Source of the DNA: Candidatus Eiseniibacteriota bacterium | GTDB lineage: Bacteria > Eisenbacteria > RBG-16-71-46 > JABDJR01 | DNA: 64,000 nucleotides | Direction of reading: 5' to 3' | NCBI GenBank assembly: GCA_963762255.1 | Contig: CAVXKA010000002.1 | Span: 1,184,001-1,248,000, forward strand | In this document: positions 49,415 through 58,232 of the stretch, piece by piece | How positions within the stretch are numbered: position 1 is the first letter of the stretch | Layout: each line of letters starts with the position of its first letter | The notes under the pieces: model-generated | Told to the model about the DNA's origin: nothing | Seen by the model: only the letters and a program-made list of their open reading frames with translations | The model's database searches: none | Position numbers and translations under genes: made by a program

Positions 49415-50461
49415 ATGACCGCAAGGCTGGCACGCGTTGCCCGATCGTTGCTCCTGCTTCTTGCGGTGTTCTGCAGCGGCGCGGCCGGTGCCCCGCCCGA
49501 CTCGAAGAACGTCGATGCACTCCGCCGGCTGTCCGCGAGGGACAGCCTCACCGTAGTCGTGACGGATTCCGGGCTGGGCGGCCTGTCGGTGGTGGCCGAC
49601 GCCGCGCGGAAGATGACGGAACAGAAGGCCTACCGCCACGTCGAGATCGTGTTCTACAATGCCCTGTTCACCGACGAGGGCGGTTACAACAGCCTGCCCG
49701 ACCGAAACGACAAGGTGCGCGTGTTCAATAGGGCGCTGGAAGACATGCAGCGGCGCTACGCCCCCGATGTGATCCTCGTCGCATGCAACACCCTGTCGGT
49801 GCTGGCCGACGCCACCGACTTCGTCGCTGCGTCACGGACCCCCGTGATCGGCATCGTGGACGCCGGCGTTCGCTTGATCGCCGAGCGCCTGGAGGCGGAC
49901 GAGAGCGACCGCGTGATCATCTTCGCCACCGAAACCACGGTGGAAGAGGGCACGCATAAGGCGGCGCTCGTAGCCCGTGGTTTCAGCGCGGACCGAATCG
50001 TGTTGCAGCAATGCCCTGAACTCGCGTCGTACATCGAAATGGACTACGACGGCGCGGAGACCAGACTCCTGATCGACGCCTACGTGGATGAAGCGCTGGC
50101 CCGCACGGGAGAGATCGACGGCACGCTTCACGTCAGCTTGAACTGCACGCACTACGGATACGCCTTGGCGGCCTGGAGGGAAGCCTTCGAGGCCAGGGGA
50201 ATCCCGGTGGCGGATTTCCTGAATCCGAACCTGACCATGATCGACGTTCTCCTGCCCGACTTCGTCCGCGACCGCTTCGACTCGGCGGATGTCCGGGTAC
50301 GGGTCGTCTCGATGGTGGAGATCCCGGAGGAGACCCGCACGTCGATAGGCGGCCTGCTCCGCGAGGACTCGCCAGCGACCGCCCGGGCGTTGCAGGACTA
50401 CGAACTGAACCCCGAGTTGTTCGGATGGCGTGATGTCGTGACCGGCGGGGGCAACCGCTAG
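49415..50461 (+). CDS. Glutamate/aspartate racemase family enzyme with N-terminal signal peptide
   Basis: RBS AAGGAGG; DSGLGGLSV, ACNT and NCTHY (two catalytic Cys); N-terminus MTARLARVARSLLLLLAVFCSGAAGA. Confidence 0.88.
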   Translation: MTARLARVARSLLLLLAVFCSGAAGAPPDSKNVDALRRLSARDSLTVVVTDSGLGGLSVVADAARKMTEQKAYRHVEIVFYNALFTDEGGYNSLPDRNDKVRVFNRALEDMQRRYAPDVILVACNTLSVLADATDFVAASRTPVIGIVDAGVRLIAERLEADESDRVIIFATETTVEEGTHKAALVARGFSADRIVLQQCPELASYIEMDYDGAETRLLIDAYVDEALARTGEIDGTLHVSLNCTHYGYALAAWREAFEARGIPVADFLNPNLTMIDVLLPDFVRDRFDSADVRVRVVSMVEIPEETRTSIGGLLREDSPATARALQDYELNPELFGWRDVVTGGGNR

Positions 50462-51591
50462 GGGGCCGCCAGGTACCGCCCGTACCCGTTGGCCAGCAAT
50501 TCGGCCGGCGCCGGCCAGCCTCCGGCGAGAAGAGCCCTCTCCGGATACAGCGAGTTGTAGGCGTCGACGATGGCCGCGATGGCAGCCAGATGACGGGCGA
50601 CCCGCTTCTCGATGGGGATCCCCTCCACATCGAAGGAGGCGTAGAGCACGCCGGCCTTGGCCGCCAGGACATACCCGTCGTCCTTGCCCTTGAGGGCAAG
50701 CTCGGGGCTGGTGCGCCCCCGCAACCGCCCCATGATCACGCTCGTGGTTTCCAGCAGAAAAGGCAGGGTCTTTGTGTGATCCGTCCATTCGCGGTGGCTC
50801 AGTCCCCGGAAGTTGGGCGGCGACGGCTCGAGCGTGAATTCCCATCCGTCCATCTGCAGCGCGACCAGGGCCATCGACGCGATGTCCTGGCTGACCTCGG
50901 ACGCCACGATCGCGTTCACGACCGGATACTCGGGCGAGGACTCGTGCAGGTCGAAGGACAGGTCGATCTCCTCACGGCGAATGAGCTCGGTGATCGCCCA
51001 GGCGATGCGCTCGGTGAGGTTGCCGTCGGCGACTCCGGGGTAGGCCCGGTTGAGGTTGCGCGTCTCGTTTCCGGCCAGGGTCATGCCGGATGAGGGCTGG
51101 ACATAGACCTCGGGATCCGGCCACTGGTGGACGGGATTGGTGAAACGCGAGCCGAAGCGGAAGAACCGGGCACCTCCCGCCGTCTGGAACGTGACTCCCA
51201 GGGGGTGGGCCTCCTGCGGCTCGGTATTGGTGATCGCGCTCGCGTTGGCAAGCGGGATGATGAACACCCGGCCGGCATCCACGCGCAGGTTCTCCAACAT
51301 GATGATGGCGGTGAGCTGGCCGGCGATTTCCGAAGCGTGAGTCCCACCGAGGACCAACAGGCTCCCCCCGGGTACCCCGCTGTCGAAAGCGTAGACGTCG
51401 GTGTCGCCCGGGGTCCCCTTGAGATGGGGGTTGATCTCGCTGAGGCGGAGCGTTCGGGTCAGCGCGGCCGAGGGGTGTAGAACCTCGCGTTCATTCTGCT
51501 TCCTGAAGAGGCGGGCGGACAGGACCACGAGAACGACCGTGAGCGACAGCGAAACGGCGATCTTCAGCGCGCGACTACGGGTGATGGTCAT
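50458..51591 (-). CDS. Succinylglutamate desuccinylase/aspartoacylase (M14-like Zn hydrolase), N-terminally anchored
   Basis: GGTHASE (HxxE), NLNRAYPG, DLHES; N-terminal TM. Confidence 0.87.
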   Translation of the reverse strand: MTITRSRALKIAVSLSLTVVLVVLSARLFRKQNEREVLHPSAALTRTLRLSEINPHLKGTPGDTDVYAFDSGVPGGSLLVLGGTHASEIAGQLTAIIMLENLRVDAGRVFIIPLANASAITNTEPQEAHPLGVTFQTAGGARFFRFGSRFTNPVHQWPDPEVYVQPSSGMTLAGNETRNLNRAYPGVADGNLTERIAWAITELIRREEIDLSFDLHESSPEYPVVNAIVASEVSQDIASMALVALQMDGWEFTLEPSPPNFRGLSHREWTDHTKTLPFLLETTSVIMGRLRGRTSPELALKGKDDGYVLAAKAGVLYASFDVEGIPIEKRVARHLAAIAAIVDAYNSLYPERALLAGGWPAPAELLANGYGRYLAAP

Positions 51592-51598
51592 GGTTTTC

Positions 51599-51745
51599 TC
51601 ACTTCACCATCAGGAGACGGAGCATTATCGGCACCAGCACGATGACCACCGTGAGCTGCCGGGCGAACCGCTTCTCCTCGAAGATCTCCCAGAGGAGGAC
51701 CACGCAGAACAGGAGAACGATGAGTTGGTTAATCAAGGCGATCAA
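51599..51745 (-). CDS. 48-aa two-helix membrane protein
   Basis: Not in track. TTG start after RBS GAGGAGG: MIALINQLIVLLFCVVLLWEIFEEKRFARQLTVVIVLVPIMLRLLMVK; fills the gap between permease and deacylase. Confidence 0.8.
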   Translation of the reverse strand: MIALINQLIVLLFCVVLLWEIFEEKRFARQLTVVIVLVPIMLRLLMVK

Positions 51746-51760
51746 CGTGATTCCCCCTCC

Positions 51761-53038
51761 TCAGAGCGACAGGAGCCGGGCCAACGGGTTGGCCAGCAGG
51801 ATCATCAGGACCGCCCACAGCGCCGTGATCACCGTCGGCAGAGCCGTGTACTTCAGAATCCGGTAGTAGTTCGGCTCCCCGATGACCTGAGCGGTGAACA
51901 TGCCGACGAGGGCGGTGGGCGGCATCAGGTCCCCGAGCCCTGCGAGAAGCGACAAGGCCGATCCCACCACGATCTCGTTCTGACCGAGGAAGGACAGCAG
52001 GAAGGGTACCCCCAGGACCGAAGCCGAACCGTAGGCGGATACCGCGCCGAAGAGCGGCATCGAAATCGCCACGCCGACCAGCTTCCACGCCGCCGGAAGG
52101 TCGAGGGTGGCCACAACGAGCTGCCCGCGGACACCGACCAGGGTCATGATCTGGATGAACGTTCCGATTCCGATCAGGATACCCATCACGGGAAGGCCCT
52201 GACGGATCGAGCGCTGGGCGCTGCGAAGCATGTTGTACCGCTTGCCCGTTACGCCACACAGGACGGCTCCGATGAGAAATATCATGGGGAGACGGAGATC
52301 GCCCGCCACCGCGGGGGCGACGCGCAGGAGGATCAGGAGAGCAGCCACCAGTATCAACGGAAGGAACAGCCGAAAACCATACCTGGCGGCGTGGTTCTCG
52401 CCCAACTGCGGCATGACCGCCTCAAGGTCGATCCTCCGCAGATGGGGCCCGGCCAACCACAGATTGACTCCGATGGCGAGCGGGAAGGTCGCCAGGGCGA
52501 GCGGCAGGTCGAAACCCGTGTACGGCATGTCGACGCCGCTGCCGATGATCATGGTGGGCAGACTGATGGGCGGGGCGATCATGCCGTAGACGGCGCTCAT
52601 GGCGATCATGGCCCCGACTCGGGGCCGCGGGATGCCGCAGGCGGCGAGCACCGGCGCCGCCATCGCACCGGTCGTCAATACGGTGGCCGTGGACTGGCCG
52701 GTGATCATCCCGGGAAACATGATGAAGATCGTCATTCCGATCACGAGCAGCAACGGCCGCCGGTGGAGCCCGGTCAAGAGGCCCCTGCTGATGCCGGCAA
52801 GCGCCCCCGACTGCTCCAGCCCCCCCATGAACACCATCGCGGTCGCGATGATGAGGATGGGATCGATGTAGGCGAAGCCACCCTCGGCGAGGTGCCGCAG
52901 GGGAAGCCCCTCCCCTCCCGCAAGCGCGCCCGCCATGGCCGCGACCACCAGGGCCAATCCCCGGGGGATCCGGATGAGCAGGTCGCAAACGAGGAAGACC
53001 CCAAGCATGATCACCAGCAGCCAGATCGGGCCCACCAT
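51761..53038 (-). CDS. TRAP large-subunit (DctM)-like / IT-superfamily permease
   Basis: About 11-12 TMs; RHLAEG, PGMITG, GMIAPP, LGDLMPPT; start MVGPIW with RBS AAGGAG. Confidence 0.85.
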   Translation of the reverse strand: MVGPIWLLVIMLGVFLVCDLLIRIPRGLALVVAAMAGALAGGEGLPLRHLAEGGFAYIDPILIIATAMVFMGGLEQSGALAGISRGLLTGLHRRPLLLVIGMTIFIMFPGMITGQSTATVLTTGAMAAPVLAACGIPRPRVGAMIAMSAVYGMIAPPISLPTMIIGSGVDMPYTGFDLPLALATFPLAIGVNLWLAGPHLRRIDLEAVMPQLGENHAARYGFRLFLPLILVAALLILLRVAPAVAGDLRLPMIFLIGAVLCGVTGKRYNMLRSAQRSIRQGLPVMGILIGIGTFIQIMTLVGVRGQLVVATLDLPAAWKLVGVAISMPLFGAVSAYGSASVLGVPFLLSFLGQNEIVVGSALSLLAGLGDLMPPTALVGMFTAQVIGEPNYYRILKYTALPTVITALWAVLMILLANPLARLLSL

Positions 53039-53084
53039 CCCATCGTCTCCTTGGAGTACGGAAGTTGCCAGGAAGTGAGCAGGA

Positions 53085-53100
53085 TACAATTCCCGTGCCA
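53085..53100 (-). promoter_or_regulatory. sigma54 promoter upstream of the permease-small protein-deacylase operon
   Basis: Minus strand TGGCAC-GGGAA-TTGTA, 47 nt above the start codon. Confidence 0.6.
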
Positions 53101-53195
53101 TCGGTATCCAGAGGTGCAACAGGAAGATATGCGGATTACGAAGGGAAATGTGGGCGCATTCGCCACACTGCGCTGGCCGCTTTGGGCCCAGGGGA

Positions 53196-54566
53196 TCAGT
53201 CGATCTTGTATTCCCTCATCTTGCTGTAGAGGTACCGCCGATGCACTCCCAAGAGCTTGGCGGCGCGGCTCCGATTGCCACCCTGTTCCGCGAGGGTCTC
53301 CCGGATGATCCGGTCCTCCAGAGAGGAGAGGATCTCCTGCAGCGAGCGGCCCTTCTCGAGTTCATCCCGGTACCGGATGCCCCCGGCGGCTCCTGCGGAC
53401 TCGATGGGGACATTCTCCAGATGGAGGACGTTGCCGCTGCGCAGGGCGAGGCCGGAGTGGACGACGTTCTCGAGTTCGCGCACGTTGCCGGGCCAGGAGT
53501 ACGCCATCAGGCGCCTCATGGTGCCGTCGGAGATCACGATGTCCTGGCCGGGGCCGTATCTTCTGACGAAATGCCGCGCCAGCAACGGCATATCCGCCAT
53601 GCGTTCGCGAAGCGGGGGCAGCTTGATGCGGATGACGTTGATGCGGTAGTAGAGGTCCGACCGGAAACGACCCGCCTTCACCTCCTCTTCGAGATCGCGG
53701 TTGGACAACGAGATCACGCGCACGTCGACCTTGCGGACCTCTTCGCCGCCGACCCTGAAGAAGGTGCCGTGCTGGAGAATCCGGAGCAGCCTCGCCTGAA
53801 GTCGCTCCGACATGCCGGTGATCTCATCCAGCAGGAGAGTGCCTCCGTCGGCCATCTCGAAACGTCCCATGGTAAGGTTGGTGGCGCCGGTGAAGGCACC
53901 CTTCTCGTGGCCGAAGATCTCGCTCTCCAGCAGCGATTCCACGAACGCGGCGCAGTTCACCTTGACATAGGGCTTTCCGGACCGCGATGAATAGCGCTGG
54001 ATCGCATCCGCGATGACCTCCTTGCCGGTGCCGCTCTCGCCTTCGATGAGCACCGGGGCGTCGCTGGAGGAGATCCTCCCGATCTGCTTGAACACTTCCT
54101 GCATGCCCGGGGTCTGACCGATCAGGGGGCCGATTTCCCCCGCCGGCGCCACCGCTCCACCGATCTGAGACCGCAGGGACTTGAGCTCCCCCAGCAGCCC
54201 TCCGTACTCGAGCGCCCGGGTGATGATCACCTGGAGTTTGTCGGCGTCGAATGGCTTGTCGAGGTAGTCATATGCACCCTTCTCCATCACCTCGATGACG
54301 CGCTCACTGGTTCCGTAGGCGGTGAAGAGGATCACGGGCAGATCGGGATACTGCTGCTTGATGCTCTCGAGGGTGGCCATTCCGTCCGCGCCCGGCATCT
54401 GGAAGTCGAGCAGGACCACATCGATGCGGTGGCGGCGCAGGATCGCCAAGGCGTGTGCGCCGTCCTCCGCCTCGAGCACCTGGAGCGACGGACCCGAAAG
54501 AAGGTCACAGACGTTGCGGCGCATCGCGGCCTCGTCATCCACGACCAACAGGGTCTTGCGAATCAT
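53196..54566 (-). CDS. NtrC-family sigma54-dependent response regulator
   Basis: REC domain; GESGTGKE, ESEIFGHEKGAFTGA, WPGNVRELEN; Fis-type HTH. Confidence 0.95.
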   Translation of the reverse strand: MIRKTLLVVDDEAAMRRNVCDLLSGPSLQVLEAEDGAHALAILRRHRIDVVLLDFQMPGADGMATLESIKQQYPDLPVILFTAYGTSERVIEVMEKGAYDYLDKPFDADKLQVIITRALEYGGLLGELKSLRSQIGGAVAPAGEIGPLIGQTPGMQEVFKQIGRISSSDAPVLIEGESGTGKEVIADAIQRYSSRSGKPYVKVNCAAFVESLLESEIFGHEKGAFTGATNLTMGRFEMADGGTLLLDEITGMSERLQARLLRILQHGTFFRVGGEEVRKVDVRVISLSNRDLEEEVKAGRFRSDLYYRINVIRIKLPPLRERMADMPLLARHFVRRYGPGQDIVISDGTMRRLMAYSWPGNVRELENVVHSGLALRSGNVLHLENVPIESAGAAGGIRYRDELEKGRSLQEILSSLEDRIIRETLAEQGGNRSRAAKLLGVHRRYLYSKMREYKID

Positions 54567-56158
54567 CGGACCTCCGAATCCGGCGCAGCGAGGGGGAACG
54601 TCACCCGGCAGTGGGCCCCCCGGGCTCCGGTCGTCTCCACGAATTCTATGGTGCCGTCGTGGGCATGGACCACCTCGTAGGCGATGGCGAGTCCCAATCC
54701 GGTGCCGTCCTGGCGCGTGGTGAAGAAGGGCTCGAATACCCTCTCTCTGAGCTCGGGCGGCAGGGGCGGCCCAGTGTTCGTGAAGTCGACGACGAGGCGC
54801 CCCGCCTCTCCATCCAGCCGACTGGCCACCGAGGCCGCGCCGCCGGCGTCGACGATGTCGACCGAGTTGGTGAGGATGTTCAGGAAGACCTCACGGAGCA
54901 GGACCGGGTCGCCGATGATCCGGGCTCCGTCCGCATTCAGGTTCACCTTTAAGTCAATGTCCTTCCTGGCGAACATCGGCTTGACGAAATCCACGGTGTT
55001 GCGAATGACCTCGTCCGCGTTCAGCGGCTTCATCCCCTCCTTGCGCACGGAGCGCGCGAAGAAGAGCAACCGCCGGACGAGATCTGACAGCCGGTCGATC
55101 TCATGTAGCGCGATTCCAATCGACTCCTCGGTCAAGGGCGGCGGCTGACCGGTCTCCTTGGTGAAGTGCCTCAGGTCTTTCTGCCAGATCTGCATCCGGG
55201 TCTTCAGGATGGCCAGCGGAGTCTTGACCTGATGGGCAATGCCGGCGAGCATCCGGCCGAGGGAGGCCATCTTGTCCTGTTGATAGAGCTGTTCCTCCGC
55301 AGACAGGCGCCGGTGGTGCTCGGCCTCCAACGACTCCACCATCGTGTTGATTGCTTCCCGAATGGTCCTGAACATCCCGCCGCTCGTGTTCATCCGGCGG
55401 CTCGGATCGCGTTCGATGAGCTGGAGGTTCCTGCTGAGGCTCCTGATCTCGAGGCGCAATCGGATCGTCATCAACAGAACCACCAGGAAGGCGGAGACGG
55501 CGACGACGGCGATCACTTGCAGATAGCGGTCGAGCCTCCACAGCGGCAGCTCGCGCTCGATGTGGATGCGCGCCCAAGCCACGGCGACGATCCGGTCATG
55601 GGCGCGGACCGGCACGGTGGCGAGGGGAAAGACCGAACTCGAGACCGATACCGTCTCGAACTCGTGGACTCGCACCACGGGCTTTCCCAGCGCTATCGTT
55701 TCCCGAACCTGGTCCAGGATGAGTTCATAGGAGCGGGGAGGGGGACCGAATGTGGGCACGGGCGGAGGCGACCAGGGGTCGCCATAGCCCATGAACTTCT
55801 CTTCTTCAACGACCCAGAATCCGCCCTTGACTCCCCGCGCGGTCGAGAATGCTTCACTGGAGAGCGCGGCCAGGCGCGTTTCCAGGGTGTCGGTCGGAAT
55901 GGGCAAAACCCCACCCATCGCCTCATCGGACTTCGAGGGCAGGCTTCGGAAGAACGACTCCGCGTTCAGGGCAAGCCGGCCGGCGGCGTTGACGGTGAGC
56001 GATGTGTTCTCCCTGATGACCTCGTCGCGCCACTTCCGAACCGAACGCTGGGCAAAGAGACCACCGGCACCGATCACCAGGATCAGCGCGAACGTGATCA
56101 CCGGGACAGAATGTCGAATGGTGGGGCGAGGCCGGAGCCGGATCCGCGCGGGGCACAT
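54563..56158 (-). CDS. Membrane sensor histidine kinase
   Basis: Two TMs around a periplasmic domain (GGFW..GY..P.SPPPVPTFGPPPRSY); H-box AHQVKTPL; N, F (FEPFFTT) and G2 (GTGLGL) boxes. Start approximate. Confidence 0.92.
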   Translation of the reverse strand: MCPARIRLRPRPTIRHSVPVITFALILVIGAGGLFAQRSVRKWRDEVIRENTSLTVNAAGRLALNAESFFRSLPSKSDEAMGGVLPIPTDTLETRLAALSSEAFSTARGVKGGFWVVEEEKFMGYGDPWSPPPVPTFGPPPRSYELILDQVRETIALGKPVVRVHEFETVSVSSSVFPLATVPVRAHDRIVAVAWARIHIERELPLWRLDRYLQVIAVVAVSAFLVVLLMTIRLRLEIRSLSRNLQLIERDPSRRMNTSGGMFRTIREAINTMVESLEAEHHRRLSAEEQLYQQDKMASLGRMLAGIAHQVKTPLAILKTRMQIWQKDLRHFTKETGQPPPLTEESIGIALHEIDRLSDLVRRLLFFARSVRKEGMKPLNADEVIRNTVDFVKPMFARKDIDLKVNLNADGARIIGDPVLLREVFLNILTNSVDIVDAGGAASVASRLDGEAGRLVVDFTNTGPPLPPELRERVFEPFFTTRQDGTGLGLAIAYEVVHAHDGTIEFVETTGARGAHCRVTFPLAAPDSEVR

Positions 56159-56278
56159 CAACGATGGTCTCCTCGTCGGCGTGCCACGTTCGTATCGGGC
56201 ACATCGCGACTGTAACATTTTAGCGCACCCGTGCCTGGCGGGATGCGCCAAGTTATTACTTGTCAACGGCTAGGGAGT

Positions 56279-56294
56279 CGGCACAATACTTGAT
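56279..56294 (+). promoter_or_regulatory. sigma54-like promoter upstream of the pgs operon
   Basis: CGGCAC-AATAC-TTGAT preceded by AT-rich AAGTTATTACTTGTCAA. Confidence 0.5.
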
Positions 56295-56389
56295 AGGGAG
56301 CCGCCCAGGGCATGTTCCGGGGACGTACGGGACAGGCCTCGACAATCGGATGGACGAAGGTGCGGGTACGGGAGAGAGGCAGGGTTCCG

Positions 56390-58222
56390 ATGAGAATGGT
56401 CGCCCTGGTGAGATCTCTGGTGGGTCTGGGTCTTCTGCTGGCCCTGGGGAGTGGATGCGATGGGATCTTCGTCGCGGACGGTGACGAGGATACCGGCATC
56501 AACTCCCGCGGCGGCTACTTCTATCTGCTGGACAACGCATCCGCCCGGCTGGTGATGCTCGACAACACCATGCAGACGGTGCAGAGCTGGCCCTACTCGT
56601 CCTTTACCAAGGAGACGTTCCTGCAGGGGCTGACCTTCGACGGGCAGGCCCTCTGGGTCTCCGTATCAGGTGACGCCGACAGCCTCGTCCGGCTGGAACT
56701 CGACGGCGCGCAGGCCAGGGTGCTGCGCGGCCTCACCGCACCACCCGACGGCGAGGGGACCGTGCGCGACATCGCCTGGGGCGCCGACGTCCTCTGGGTG
56801 CTGAACAGCGGCTCCACCACGTACAGCAATCCCCCCGAGCTGTTCCAGCTCAACCCCCAGGATGGCGCGATCATCTCGCGCCATGAGCTGCGCGGGACCG
56901 AGCCCCGGGGGCTGTGCTTCGTGGGGCCCAACACCAACGTGTACGGAGGCGGGGCTCCGGAAGGGTGCTATTACACCGATATCGAGGACGATCTCATCTA
57001 CGCGTTCGACGCGGCGCGCCAGACGTTCCGGACCCAGACCTTTGCCGCCCCGGTCGGCCCGCGGGGTGTGAACTACGTCTATCCCGTAGGCATCTTCTTC
57101 GACGGCGCGCGCTTCTGGACGACGAACAGCAGCGGGGTGGCCGACTATCTCTTCCACCTGGACTACCTGGGCGCCGTCGAACAGCGGATCGATCTTCCCT
57201 TCCAGCAGCCGGGCGCGCTGGTCTGGGTGGACCGCGACCTGAGCAGCGCCGGCGCACCGGTCGTTCTCGGGGCCACCCCCAACTCCGGCGGCGCCGGCGC
57301 CCGGAAGTCCGTGGTCGTGAGCGGCGACGGGTTCCGCAACGGCTTGTCCGTCGACTTCGGCTCCGGAGTCGCCGTCGACTCCGTGACGAGCGTGAACTGG
57401 ACCCAGTTCACGGCCCATGTCGCGATCGCCGACGACGCGGCGCTCGGCCTCCGGGACATCACGGTGACCAATCCGAACGGCATGCAGGGGACCGGCGCGG
57501 ACCTGTTCACCGTCGTCGACACGGACCCCTCGCTGGGCTACCTCTGGATCCTCGACCCCGGCTATGACGTCCTGCACCGCTACTCGATCAACGAGAAGCG
57601 GATCGTGACGACCTATAGCACCGAACCGGTCGCGCCCGGCGGTTCCGCACAGGGGCTGGCCTTCGACGGCACGCACCTCTGGATCGCGGCGGCCGGCTCG
57701 GACGACATCGTCGCCAAGGTCGATACGACCGGCGGCGTGCTGTCCGTCCTGGACGTGTTCACCGCGCCTCCCGAGGGCGGCGGGACGGTCCGGGACATGG
57801 CGTTCGACGGCGCCTATCTCTGGATTCCCAACAACAGCCCGGCAAAGGTGTACCGGGTGGACCCGGCCAACGGGGAGGTCCTGGAGACCATCGCGGCGCC
57901 GGGAGCCGAGCCGCGCGGAGCCACCTGGGCCGACGGCCGCCTCTACTGCAACGACAAGGACCTGGAGAAGGTATACGTCTGGAATGCGGGATCGGCCACA
58001 TGGAGCGCGGCCTTCGATGCGCCGACGCCCCCGGGAACCACCGGCAACATCTTCCCGACGGGTTTGACGTGGGATGGTGAGAGCTTCTGGATGTGCAACA
58101 GCTCCTTCGAGTACGACTACGTCTTCCAGATCGCGCCGGATGGAAGGGTCCTAAGCACCATCGAGGTGCCCAATCGCGGAAGCACCGCGGGGCCCGCCGG
58201 CGTCGTCTACACCCCGAAATGA
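56390..58222 (+). CDS. Lipoprotein with two homologous beta-propeller domains flanking an IPT/TIG domain
   Basis: LGSGC lipobox; repeated QGL.FDG..LW / EPRG / GL.WDG..FW blades; TAPPDGEGTVRD vs TAPPEGGGTVRD duplication; V.G.GF..G..V.FG and RDITVTNPNG (IPT). Confidence 0.8.
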   Translation: MRMVALVRSLVGLGLLLALGSGCDGIFVADGDEDTGINSRGGYFYLLDNASARLVMLDNTMQTVQSWPYSSFTKETFLQGLTFDGQALWVSVSGDADSLVRLELDGAQARVLRGLTAPPDGEGTVRDIAWGADVLWVLNSGSTTYSNPPELFQLNPQDGAIISRHELRGTEPRGLCFVGPNTNVYGGGAPEGCYYTDIEDDLIYAFDAARQTFRTQTFAAPVGPRGVNYVYPVGIFFDGARFWTTNSSGVADYLFHLDYLGAVEQRIDLPFQQPGALVWVDRDLSSAGAPVVLGATPNSGGAGARKSVVVSGDGFRNGLSVDFGSGVAVDSVTSVNWTQFTAHVAIADDAALGLRDITVTNPNGMQGTGADLFTVVDTDPSLGYLWILDPGYDVLHRYSINEKRIVTTYSTEPVAPGGSAQGLAFDGTHLWIAAAGSDDIVAKVDTTGGVLSVLDVFTAPPEGGGTVRDMAFDGAYLWIPNNSPAKVYRVDPANGEVLETIAAPGAEPRGATWADGRLYCNDKDLEKVYVWNAGSATWSAAFDAPTPPGTTGNIFPTGLTWDGESFWMCNSSFEYDYVFQIAPDGRVLSTIEVPNRGSTAGPAGVVYTPK

Positions 58223-58232
58223 GGAGCCACAC

